A stretch of 32,000 bases of DNA, taken from Candidatus Omnitrophota bacterium (GTDB lineage: Bacteria > Omnitrophota > Gorgyraeia > Zapsychrales > JANLHA01). A program made the translations under genes and the position numbers. Position 1 is the first letter of the stretch, and every line of letters begins with the position of its first letter. Below, in pieces: positions 1 to 12,800 of the stretch. The DNA lies in contig OY759724.1 in assembly GCA_963662715.1 (NCBI GenBank), positions 1,230,001 through 1,262,000 on the forward strand. Direction: 5' to 3'. The notes beneath the pieces are model-generated. The model worked only from the letters and a program-made list of their open reading frames with translations. It searched no databases and was not told where the DNA came from.

Positions 1-860
1 AGACGAAGTATTCATAACCGCGGACCTGGCTGAGCGTCTTGCCGTCGTTATAAGAATACTGCAGGACAGGCAAGACCTTATCGGCGTCTGTTCCGAACAC
101 TTCGGCGATGCTTGACTTGATATCCTCCGGATTGACAATCAGGCGGATCTCTGTTTCATCGGTATACGGCTCGGCCCAGCCTCTCGCCAGCAATTTCTCT
201 GAAATTTCTTCCCAGTCAAGGCCTTCTTCTCTCTCGACCTGCTGCTGTGTCAGGACCTGCGGATCGACGATCTTGACCGTCATCTGCTCACCTCTTCCGC
301 CGGTCAGGATGAACTTCCGGCCGTCATTGCCCAGGACATCTCTCCGGTAATAATCTTCCTCCTCGGTCGGAGAACGGAAAACCCGGACTTCTTTCAAGCC
401 GTTGCCGTCCTTGAACACGATCGTTCCCGGATTGATTCCGACTCTCAGATCAACTTCAATATCTTCCCCGTTATTGACCTTGAGCTTGTGTCCTTCCAGC
501 CACAGGACATTAATACCGAAATCTTTGTTGGCATAAAGCGTGGCGATATCGCGGCCGCGGCTGTCATTCGGAGTCAGGTAATGGTAAAGCTGCTTACCTG
601 TCTTGTCCGGATTATATCGCGGCCGGCCCAGCAGAGGCAGGAGCGTCTTGGCATCCGCACCGAACACTTCCGTCATCTCCGCTCTCACGTCATTCAGGTT
701 GACGATCAGGTGAATCTCCTCAAGGCCTGTGCGCTGAGCCCACCCGTTGTGGAGCAGTTTTTCGGAGACATCGCTCCAGTCAAGCTCGGCTCTCTCGATC
801 TGATTTTTGGTCAGATAACCGTTCTCAAGGATAACCGGTGTTTCCTCAACGATATCAAAC
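1..860 (-). repeat. Diverged tandem duplication of a ~188-aa module (period about 565 bp); the second copy runs off the window
   Basis: ELDWSDVSEKLLHNGWAQRTGLEEIHLIVNLNDVRAEMTEVFGADAKTLLPLL (about 795-640) matches GLDWEEISEKLLARGWAEPYTDETEIRLIVNPEDIKSSIAEVFGTDADKVLPVL (about 230-75). Confidence 0.7.
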
Positions 861-3800
861 AATGTCGCGCGGGAAATACCCATCTTGGCCAGATGCTGCC
901 AGAGATAAGCATTTTCAAGTCCGAAGCGGACGAGCGCTGTTCTGTTGTAGGATCTTTCCATTTCCTCATTAAACAACGCCTCTGCCTGTACCTTCAGGCC
1001 AAGCGCTTCAGCCTCTTCAATACTTAACGTTCTGAAGAATGTTTCTATCTGATATTCAACCCGCTCTTCCGCTTTCTCTCCCGCAGGCCCTTCAATTCTG
1101 GTAATCACGTCATCGAGCTTCACGGACCGTTTCACTTCACCCGTTCTCTCATCAAACTCAAGACCCACGATAATTTCCACCAGGTCTCTTTCAAGATTAT
1201 CCGGGTTCTGGGCCGGGACAGCTTCTTCCCTGACCGTAATGATCTTTCTCTTCACCGGATCATGCGGGATTCGGTATGTCGTGGTTCGGACATTGTCAAC
1301 CGTTGTCTCTGTCGAAACCTCAAAGATCAGATCCGACAAATCATCCACTTTACTGAACCGGGACATATCAAGGTTCAGCAAGGCTTCTCTGACCAAATCA
1401 TGCTGGATAAGAGCGGCGAAATCGATCTGCTGAATATCTCCGGCCCTGACACGGCCCCTATTTTCCGTATCCCAGACTTTGACCCAGCCTGAACCGTTCG
1501 CGCGGATCTCAACCTCGCTGGTCTCATGCTTGCCTGTCGGAGAATATTCTTTTCTTTCCTGGATTCTGAAGATGCTCTTTTCACCCGCCCGCTCACCAAG
1601 CTGTTCGTTTTTGTCAGAATCCTTAACCAAGGCGAAGAGCTGTTCCTGATTTTCAAAGTTCTCCGGAATCTGGATAGACCCGATCTGTTCTACCATAATC
1701 TTGCCCTTAACGATTTCTCTGCGTGTGACAAGAGCGCTTCCGCCGAGTTTCTCCTGGTCTCTCAGGTTAATGAATGTCTGGACGCGGTTCTCCCTGGTTC
1801 CGGTATAGCTGTAAACTCCCGTGACATTTTCGACTTCAACCTCTGTGCCGTCTGCCTGACGGACCGTTACGGTGAGACCTGTCTCTTTCTTGTAATCCGT
1901 GGAATAAAGCTCTTCGCCCGTTTCCGGATCAAAATAACGGATCTCTTCGCGCTCAGGATCTGTGCTCTGCAGCAGTTCGCCCTGGGCATTGTACACGTCA
2001 TATCTTTCCGTATCAGCCGCGAAATCTCTGACCGTGACATATCTGTTGCCTTCGGCGTCAACACGAGTTGTCAGAGATTCTCCGATGACCGGGCCTGTTA
2101 TGTCGACTGTTCCGTCAGCATTGACCTCATAGTCATCCAGCCAGTAAACCTTGCCGACGTTTTCGGAATCAAAGATTTCAATCTTCGACTCTTCCTGATC
2201 CACGGCCAGGTACAAGCGGGCGCCCCTGTTTCCTGGGAGGGTAACGTCAAGCACGCCGAACTTGTTCACGTATCTTGCGTTCCAGCGGGCCTTTTCATAA
2301 TTGGCGACATCCATCAATTCATCCATGGTCATGGACATGGCCGTGTTATCCTGATCCGTGAAGAAGAATTCCGTCTGCTGTCTCTCTGCCACCATGTCTT
2401 CGCCGGCAAAGCTGTAGTCCACAATACCTCTCGTCATGATGTCAGCATCTTTCATCGATTCGATTCTTTCGCTCAAACCGCTCAACCGCTCTTCGGAAGC
2501 CCCTCTCTGTGTTTCTGCGACACGCTTACGTTCTTCTAAGACTTTCTTCTGCAATTCAAGCGCCGTATCTCCTCGATCCTCTTCCGGCGAATTATACGGA
2601 TCAACAAAGAGGCTGATAATCCATTCAATGAAGTCCATGAAGCGGTCCAGCAGGGACGGATTCCTGTCTACGGCGGCTGCTTCTGCGGCAAGCCGTTCTT
2701 CCGTTTCTTTCGCGATCCGCTCTTCGATCTCGGCGATTTCGGCTTCCAGTTCGCGGATTCTTTCAGTATATTCCTCAATTTCTTTCTGGGCTTCTTCCGC
2801 CTGTGCCGTCAAGACCGGCAACATATCAATGACCACCGTTGACTTCAGAGCCCTGAGCTCTTCACTGATATATCCGTCTTCCTGTGAATAGTACTGGATG
2901 GTTTCTGATTCCAGACGGCCTTCATACTGACCGGTCAGATATTGCGGTGAATAATACGGATAACCTGCGCCTTCATACTCAAGGTGCTGATCTGTCGTTC
3001 TGTATCTGTCAGAGTGATCCAGCGTCATCAGTCTTTCATATCTCTCATTGCTGATGATCTGGTAATCGAACAAGGTGCCCTGCCGCAGGATTCTCACCCA
3101 GTTGCCGCTCAACCGGAACTGTTTGACTTCGTCTTTATAATCCTGGCTCAGTTCGATGACAATGCGTCGGTTGCCGGCGATATCGACAAACGTGTCGGCC
3201 TCGCGGGTATCCGGCGTTGCCAGACGTGACAGCATGCGCGGTCCGCCGAACCTGGACAAGGACCACTGCAAAGTCCACTTAGACCCGTATTTATCCATGA
3301 ACGATGTCAACCGCTCCTTGATTTCCCCGGCCGATAAGTCAACGGCTTTGTCTTCGCCGGCCTCACGGAGGAGTTCGCTCAAGAAGCTTATGGTCTCGGC
3401 ATTGAAGGACACCGTCTCGATATAGGAGGCGATGTTCTCGCGGTCAACCGCAAAGATATCTTTCAGCATCTCGACCTGGTCTTTTGCCGCGAAGAGCGTT
3501 CCGTGACCGTTGCCCATCGGAATACCGAATTTATCTGAAGAAATTTCTTCGAACAGATCTTTTCCGGAAACATCTTCGCTGCTCCTTGCCGCCCCGAACT
3601 CGATGATAGCGCCGTCATATTCTCCGCCGACAACCACAAGTTTGCGCAATTCTTTACCGTCTTCGTCATAACGTCCTAACGGAACGAAATCTATGGTTCC
3701 GTTAGCCAGGTTGGAATCCGTTAACTCAAGCAGCGTTGCCAACGTTAAGCTGAACGAACCTGTTCCTTTTAACCGTAATGCGCCAATGTTGCCTTCGATG

Positions 3801-6800
3801 ACGGCCCCGTCATAAATTCCGCCTCTCACGACCGTTCTGGTTACGCTTTCTCCGTTAACCGTAACGCTCTCGGTCTCAAGATAGCCGTTGCTCTTATCCC
3901 CATCCGCCAGGATTTCCAGGATGTCCTTCGTCAATCTCACCGGCTCGGCATTCTCCAGCATCAACATATGAGAACTGCTTAACAATTCGAGCTCTCTCCT
4001 CATCGTCATTAAGTTGTCGTCCACAAACACGGCCTGGTTGTATCCTTCCGGCATCTCATTTCTCGTGTCTTCGCTGAGATCTTCGAAGTCTTGCGGCAAT
4101 ATGACGCGGGCCTTGCCCTCTTTCAGGTCAACCTTATACTCTACTGTCTCGCCGGCTCCGTTGACGTAGGTCGCCTTCATGTAGAAGGTCACCTGCTCTG
4201 TCTCTTCATTGATCGTACGGAAAATACCCACAGCATTAAACTGTTCTCTATAGTCTTCATAAGTGTCTCTGATGGACAAGCCGTAAGAGAGATCTGCTTC
4301 TGGGATGGCAAACAGCGGCGTACCGTCCACTAATTTTGCAACGCCGCCGAGGGTTTCCGCCGTAAAGGCCTCGATACCGCGGTCGACCAGATCAGCGCTC
4401 GGGATCACCACATCGCCTTGCGGAGTAATGGAAAGGAGGATATTGCTGTACACCGACTTCCGGCTCTTGATCAATATCCCTTCGATTTCTTCGAATTGAT
4501 CCTCTTCCAGACCCGGGAACCATGCCTTGAATTCCGCATCCAGCTCTTCGAATTCCGGAGCCACCCGCATGGCTTCCGATACATAGCCTTTCTCGATGAG
4601 TCTCGGAATAATCGTTGCCGCATCAAGCCCGGCTCTTTCAAACGGCTGGGCTGTCAGGATGCCGCGGCCGGAGCTCAAGGTCATCTCACCCGTGCCGTTG
4701 AGGTAGCTGCCGAAGATCTCTTCATCATCCTCGTTGAATCCGGTGGCCACGCCCAGCAACCGTTTATTTTCTTTATCCTGATCTTCAATATCCTTGCCTT
4801 TGATGAGCCGTCTTAACTGCTCCCAGGCGACAGAAACAAAATCATATTTAAGGTTGGCAGACGGCTCACCGGTTGTGGAATATCGCGCTTCATATTCAAG
4901 TTCTTTCGTAATGTTTCTCCGGACACTGGCGGTCGCGCCGTAATCGCCGTACTGGTTCACGAAGGCTCCAAGGCTGATGCCCTTCTTGCTATACTGCACG
5001 CCATATGTTTCAAGATCATTTTCCCTCTGGTAGTAACCGGAGAACGGCCCGACGTTGCTTCTCAGGCTTAACCGGTCAGAATCGCCGAAGGCCTGATCCA
5101 CGGACATGCTGAAAGTCTTCCAGCTGTATGTGGCCCCTAAGAGCGCGTAATACCGAGTGTAATCCTCCCAGAGGTCATGGACGAAACCGTCGCTTTCTTC
5201 CCTGACCCCGGAAACGCGTACGCTGAACTGATGTGCGCTATTCTCATTTGTCAAAGCCTGCTCGATTGTGATCTTCTGGTAATTGACCTTGTCATCAACG
5301 CCGAACGTGAGATCTTGTTCATCGATCGCCGTTTGCCCGGTCAGCGGATCAACGATATAAACATCTCCCACCTCGGCTCTGTATCCATCTATGTACCCGG
5401 CTTCGGCGCTGATGGTCGTCTTGTTTATCTTGACTTCGACATACCCTTCGACACCTTTGGTTTCCATCTCTTCGCCTTCAACATTGAATTTCCAGAACGG
5501 AGCGAGACCGGCATAGACTTCCGCGTCGCCGACTTCCGTACGGTAAGCCAGGACGTCCACCAGGAGGATAGCGGATTCTTCCTGATCCTCACCGTCATCC
5601 GGGTCGGCGGCGTTCTGCAGGTAACGGTAAGATTCTGTATAACCGACGGAGAGGTTATGGCTAAACGTCGTATTGTCTGCGCCGGAGAGGTCAACGCTCG
5701 CCCGGACGTAGCGGTTTTCAGGAGCGTTTTCGTTCTGAGCCTGGAAGGTTCCGGCTTCCAAATCTACGCCCGGAACGGCATTATGAACCGAGAACTGCTG
5801 GAAGGTGACGGTGGCTTCACCGTTGAGGTTGACCACGTCAATCGTGCCGGACTGAATCACCGGCTGGCCGTTGACCATGGCCACGCGGCCGTAAAGTTTC
5901 TTGTTCACGAACACTTCATCGCCAATCTTGATCACCGGCGGCGGTGAACGCGTCATGCGGGCGATGAAGTTGTTGATGGCTCTAACATGTATTTCTTTGT
6001 CTTCAACGCTCTCTGAACTCTCTTCAACAGCTTTGATTAGGTACTGTCTCAAGGCGACCAATTGATCGTTATAGTCATTCGCCGCATCGGCAACGGCATT
6101 AACCTGCCTCTTCGCGTCGAGTTTAAGCTGTTCATAATCCTCCTCAGCCTCCGCCAGCTTGTTGGCTTCTCTGAGATTGGTGATCTCAGCCTGAATCATC
6201 GGCAGCAAGCCGGCCGTCATCATATCAAAGGCAGGATCGCGTCCTTCTCCTGTTCTCTCATCAACAGCTTTTAACGAAGCCAGGGCGTTCTCGGCTTCTC
6301 TGTCCAGGACATCGCCGATTTCCTCACCGGCGCCTTCCTTGAAGTACTGGCCATTAGCGATTAACGTGTTGATCTCTTCTACGATCCTCAACCGCTCCGT
6401 CAAGATAGCCTGGTTCGCTTCAAAGAAGGCGATCTTGCGCTCAATAATCTGATCCACCGTCTCACTGGACCGACCTTCCTGCAGGGCCAGATCTCTTTCG
6501 ACCTGTCTGTGAACACCGTAGTCCGGATTGTCATGGAAAGCTCTTTCCTGGGACAAGGTCGGGATAAACTCGTTCACGAATTGTGTGGTGGCTTCGCTGA
6601 GAGGCCCGGGTCCGCGGTCGCCGTTGTAAGCCACGACTGTTGACAAGTATGTCTCTGCTTCCGCCGTACGGCTGTATCGGCCCATGGTCTCTTTGGCCCG
6701 CGGCTGGTCATCATCAATATGCCAGTATGTCTTAACTTCCTCAATCGTCTTGACCTTTTCAGGATCTTGTCCTGCCTTGCGCTTAATCGGGATAATGAAG

Positions 6801-9800
6801 AATTCATCGGTGAAATCAACGACATTCAGTTCGATCGACCTCCGGAGCAGGGATTGTTTTTCTCTGAGGAGGCCAGCTTCTGTTTCCGCTAATTCACGGC
6901 GGCGGTCTAACATGCTGGTGACTGTTTCGGCGGCAATATTTCCTCCCTGATCGCTGATCTCATAAAGTCTCTGATAGTAGCGCAGTTCTTGCAGGTTCCG
7001 GTTGGCTAAGACCAGCTCTCTGCGGGTGGCGGACAACCAATCATTGATCAGCGCATTATAATCGCTTTGGCCTCTCGTATCCCGCTCTAAGCTTTCCAGC
7101 TGCTCGATACCTTCTTCCAGGCGCTGGATATACCCCATTCTCTCAATGTCATCCTTGCCATGAGCTCTATCATATAAGCCGTCATCGCCGGTAATGCCTT
7201 TGGATCTGTCTCCGTAATACTGGATGCCTTCCCAAATTTCTTCGCGTTTCGGCAAGAGGTTCTCGAAATCTCTTTCATCCCACAAGGCCTCTATGGCAAC
7301 CAGACGGCCGGGTTTCGGATTGCCTTCGTCGTCATATTCGATTTCTCCCGTGATAGGATCTAACTCATACGGCCCTTCAATGGACTGAATCTGATAGCCC
7401 GCTCGTGTAATGGACAGGTTAACAGCCGCTTTCCAGCCTTCTGTGTCACCTTCCTCCGGCAGGTTGCCTTCGGAATCTCTTTCTCCCAACCCTAAGCCCT
7501 GGGCGGCCAAGACCATGTTCTCGGAAACGCCGTTCTGCAAGTTGCGCAAAGTCGTCAAAGCATCGGCGATATCAGCCAAATCTGTTCTTAAATCTTCAGC
7601 CGTTTCTACGCCGAACAGCGAGCCTGTGCCTCGCTCACGGTATTCGTTGATCACATCCGTCAAGACCTTAACCACATCACCGTCTTCTTCCTCGATCTTT
7701 TCTCTTAATTCGGCAAAGTATTTCTCACCGCTGACGTCGTTAGGATCTTCGGAAAGGGCGATCATTCTCAAATATTTCTCCAAGGCTGTCCCTTCAATCA
7801 GCTTGAAGTCTTGTTCCGCTCCGCTCTGCAGGAAGCTCTTCCAGGCGGCTAACCGCTGCTGGACAACGTCATCGTCTCTTTCAACCATTTGTTTCTCAAG
7901 CTCCTGCAGTTCATTGTCCAGCGTCCCCAACATGGCATTCAGTTCATCGACCAGGCCTTCCTGGCTGTCTCTGGCCTCGGTGAGCTTCGCTATGATCTCA
8001 TTCAGAGCCGTATCCTCGCTATCGAGTTTTAACAGGGTCGCCAGTCTCTGGATGTTCTGAATATCGGCCTGAGAATACTTCACCTGGTCAAAAGCGGATA
8101 ACTCTGTATTCACTTCCGGTTCGGAAACCGGCAGTTCAACGCCGTCTTCGACATCCATGATCGGAGTGCGGTCTGTATACTGATATGTTCCATCGGCATT
8201 CTGGACAGCGACCAGGTTGCCTCTGTCAGCCAGTTCATTGTAAACCTTGGTGAATCCTGGACCGTATTCGAATACGCTGACGTTTCCTGTACGGCGGTTG
8301 ATCAGCAGGGTGTTCGGCAGCACGTCGTCCGCCTGGTACTCGATAATCTTTCTGGCCACTTCTGTCTGGCCGTCCTGCTTGGTCCACTGCATCAGCAGAG
8401 ACATATATTCATCCTGCTCGCGGCTGATATAGTCGTTGACGATTTCCTGTTCGTTGAAGATATAGCGTGAACCTTCTCTCGGGTTGGATACCGAATGAAC
8501 CATGCCCACCGGAACGCCTCTTTCCGGTCTCAAGAAGAGGACGCCGACCTCACCCTTGATGGTTCTCTTATCCTGTAATGTCCAGTATTGTGTGCTGACT
8601 CTGTCTTCCTCTTCCCTCAAGGAGACGACCTCGTTGTCAAGCTGGGCACCGCCGATAACCAGTTTTCTGTACGGCGGCAGGCGGGTCTTCTTCACAACCT
8701 CGTCCGCCGCATACTTAATGGCGCCCTTCTCTAAGTTCGTTAATATCGACTCGTTGGTGACTGTGCTTTCCGGAATAGCGATCAACATTTCCGAGAACTC
8801 TTTATCACGCACAATCAGAATGGTCTGATTCTCTGAGGCCTCAACGATCTCGGAAGAGTTTTCAATTCTTAACGGATCGGTTACGCGGACGTTAACGATA
8901 CGGGCCGGTTCCGTCATTTGGTCCGTCGGATCAAAGACCACCATATCGATGCGTTCGCCGATTTCGGCCGGGATACGACCTAAGATGGCATCGACTTCCC
9001 TGCGGCTTAAGTCGGCGGCATTGTACTGGATTCTTTCACCCCGGTTGTTCAGATATCCGCTTTCTTCGATCTCGTTCAAAATGGTGTTGTAGATGATCTT
9101 GGTCTGTCCGTTCACATCGGCTGTGAGCGTTCCTTCTTCAATATCCAGGAGTTGATCCTGCGTCAGCTGGTCTGTCCTCAGATAATTTCCTTCGGTGTCA
9201 TAAACAGCCATCAAGGCCGCAATATCATCTGCCGGATTCGTATGCATCCAGAGGTTCAGTTCAGCCGGCTCGGCTCCGAAGATCACGATCGGATGGACAT
9301 AGCGGACTTCTTTTTCTCCATTATCTCCGCCTTCACCGCCGTCCGAACCGCCGATTTCGTTGATGATAAAGTGCGGATCAATTGCGACTTCAACCGGGTT
9401 GCGGCCTAAGTAGTAGGTCATGCCGTCACGCTCAAACAGTTTGTTCGGCAGCACGGCCGGCAGGTTCTCTTCGAAATAATGCTCGGCAATGATTTCCAGT
9501 GTCACCGGGTTGATGCTGACAGCCACCGGACGGGTCTCTTTGTTCTTGCCGAACATCGCCTCAAAGAGTCTCTGGTTAAAGACCTCGGACGGCAAGACAT
9601 ACATTTCGCCTTGCTCTCTGTACGGGAAGCGGTTGACCGGATCTTCCATGAAGGCTTTCGTGACCGGGGTCTTCGCTTCCTTCAGAGCCGCGGATGTCTC
9701 TTGCAGGGTTTCTTCCAGCTCTGCCCTTTCAGTCTCATCTGTTGTCTGGCTCAACTGGGCCTGTATCTGGACAATCTCTTCCTGCAATTCTTCAACGGCT

Positions 9801-12800
9801 TCGATGTTATACCAGTAGCGGAGCGTGATGAATACCGTTTCTTTTCTGTCTTCCGGATCCTCGGCTCTCAAATTGTATCGATACCCGAAATCAAACCAGT
9901 CTGCCGGATAAACATTGTCCTCTATTTCAATTGTTTCTCCTTCTTTTCCTCTCTGAACAGCATAGATAATGCTCGGGTCTGTGTTCTTTTTAGCCTCTAA
10001 GGTATAATCGACTTCCCGTCGGCCGATGAACGGTACGGCCGGATATTTATGGCCTTCGTAAACTGAATCCTTATCAGGATCACCAAAGATGCTCCATACG
10101 CGGCCGAAAACTTCCTGGACAAAGTCGCCGATCAAGTGCGACAACGGGATGTCAGCTTTGCGGCCCGTGCGGATATCAGAGAACTTGGCTTCCGTGCCTT
10201 CATCGTTAAGCGGAATAATTTCCGGACTGGCCTTAAGCTCTGTTGTCAGATCCACGAACGGCCGCAAGACGTCCAGGGCTCCGCGGGTCTTATCCAGTCT
10301 CCAGAAAGGATGTTCTCTCTGAACCGCGATACCGCCCACGCCTTCCATGTTGAGGTAAACCTTCTCCATGCCTTCGTTATAAATTTCTGATGCGGCCTGA
10401 GCCCAAGCGACATAAGTGAAGGCTTGGGTAGCGATGGAAGCATCTGCAATGCTTTCCGCCCCGGTGGCCATATTGATAATCTGGGCATATTTATTGAGCG
10501 GTGTATCGAGCCCGATCATGAAATCAAGCGTGCCGTCTTCCCAAAGCTGGATGGAATGCCCGAAAAGCTTGTTGCCCGGATTCCAGTTGATACCGATTCC
10601 GGCGAAGAGGCTGGCCACCTTCTGCTGATCCTGCTGGGTCAATCCATTGGCGAAGTTTTGCGGCGTGGAGGTGAGAACCTGGTTATAAACGTCAAAGACC
10701 TGATATAAGGCTTCCTGCCGTCTGCGTTCATCGTTACGGGCATCGCCTTCTGTCTTCATCTGGATCTGTCTCAGCAGTTGTCTGGCCTTAAGGATATCTT
10801 CTTCTAATTCCTGAATACCTTCGCGGACATCTTCTAATCTGTCTTCCGGTGTCACTTCTTCCGGAGCGTATCTGCCGGCTTCAACGTTAAAGAGTCTTCT
10901 CTGTTCACGATCTATCTGCTGGCGGATCTTCTCTGTCTGGACTTTCGTCGTTTCGCCCCGTTCGCTTAAGACCTGAAGTTCATCTTCTTCCAGGTACGGA
11001 TTCATGAGCGACAAGGTCTCATCATTAATCTTCAGCTTAAAGACATATTCGGACTGGGCTGTTGTCTCGGTTCTAAACGTGCCCGCCAAGCCCAGGATCG
11101 TGCCGGCCTTGATCTCCTGGCCGACCAAGTTAACGTTGGTGCCTGTGAGATGACCGAAGATCTGCTGGACTTTGACTGTCTTGCCTGACCCTTCTTCCAC
11201 TGTTTCGGATTCAATGATAATTTCTTCACCGAACGGACCAGGCTCAACGCTAATCACCGTACCATCCATATAGCTCCGGACTGTGCTCTGTTCCGGCACA
11301 ATATGCTTCACAAACAGGCCTTGTGCTCTGATCTGATATTCAGTATTCACAATCAAGCCTTCCGTCGCCGCTGTTGTTTCCGGAGTTTCTGACGGCACAA
11401 CGCGGCCGGCAAGTTCTGAGGCTACAAATCTCGGAGTATCAATATTATCGAATTCATCAACCAAGGCGTAAATTGGGTTCTTGCTGGCAAACCACAGCAT
11501 CGTTTGCATACGGTCGACCTCGGCAACTTCAACCGCCTGTCTGAACAATCGGTAGACAATCTGGTTCAGCTCTTCTCTCGTCTTGAACTTGTCTTCCTGC
11601 GAAACAATGAAGACCATACCTTGTTTCGGTCCGACCGGCTCATCGGTAAAGGATTCCTCGTCCAAGATAGCGTTAATGTCTGTTATATCTGATTCAGTTA
11701 AGTTTGTTAACGGCTCAACGCCATCTGTTGTGATCTTCATCAAGCCGGCGCCGGTTCGGTAAATCAGGTACGGATCCTGCTGATCCGGAGTGGCGACGCC
11801 GGCGCCTTCTGTTCTGAACTGTGCGTGATCATCGATTCTCAGGATCGACATGACCGGCAAGGCTTCCTTCAGCTCAAAGTTCTGCTTAGCAATCTCCATT
11901 CTCTCTCTCAAGCTCAAGTTCGCAATAACGTCATGCTGTTCGACTTTGGCATCCGCCTCCGTTTCGCTCATAAACCAGATGCCTTCTTCTCTATAAGATT
12001 CGTCAATCGCTTTGAATTCACCGTCAAGTCTGCCTAACCGGGTCGGGACCGTTACCTCTTGTCCGCTGGTCAACCGTGTTCTTAACCGGCCAAGATTATC
12101 CACATCAAGATTTTCGAAATAGTTCATAATTGTTCTGACATACTTCGGTGTTTCCTGGTTCTTGGAGACATCACCCTTAATAACTCTCGGGTAATACCCG
12201 GCAGAATACCCCGGTCCGGCGTTGTATCCGGCCAAGGTGTACTGCAGAAGCTCTCTTAACGTAAGGTCTTTGTTCTCATACTTGCTGTTCAACATGGTAT
12301 CCATAACCTTGGCCACATAAGCGACGCCAACGGTGATATTCTTCTCGCGGTCGAACGCTTCACCATAGGACCATCTGCTGTCGATAAGGCCTCGGCTGTA
12401 AAGCGTGTTAACCATGGAAGACCAGGTGCCCGGCATGATCTGCATAATGCCTGTTGCGCCGGCCCGGCTGACAGCTCTCGGTTTGAAGCGGCTTTCCTGA
12501 TACATCATGGAAATAATGAATTTCTCCAATTCGTCCTTTGTAAATAACGGCTGGCCGTTGTTGTCTTCAAATTCTTCGGCGACCTGTTTAAAGATCGGGT
12601 AGTTCTTCCAGGCATCTTCGAGGATATCATCGAGTTCACGGATATCATGGCTAACCGGTGTTCTGGTCCGGCGGGCTTTTAAGTCTTCCGCATCCGTCAT
12701 TTCTTCGACATCGGATACCGTCATCTGACTTATAGCTTCCACGGTCAACGCTGTTCCTGTGAGGTCTTCATCTGCTTTGGCTTTAAGATATCCGCGGTAG

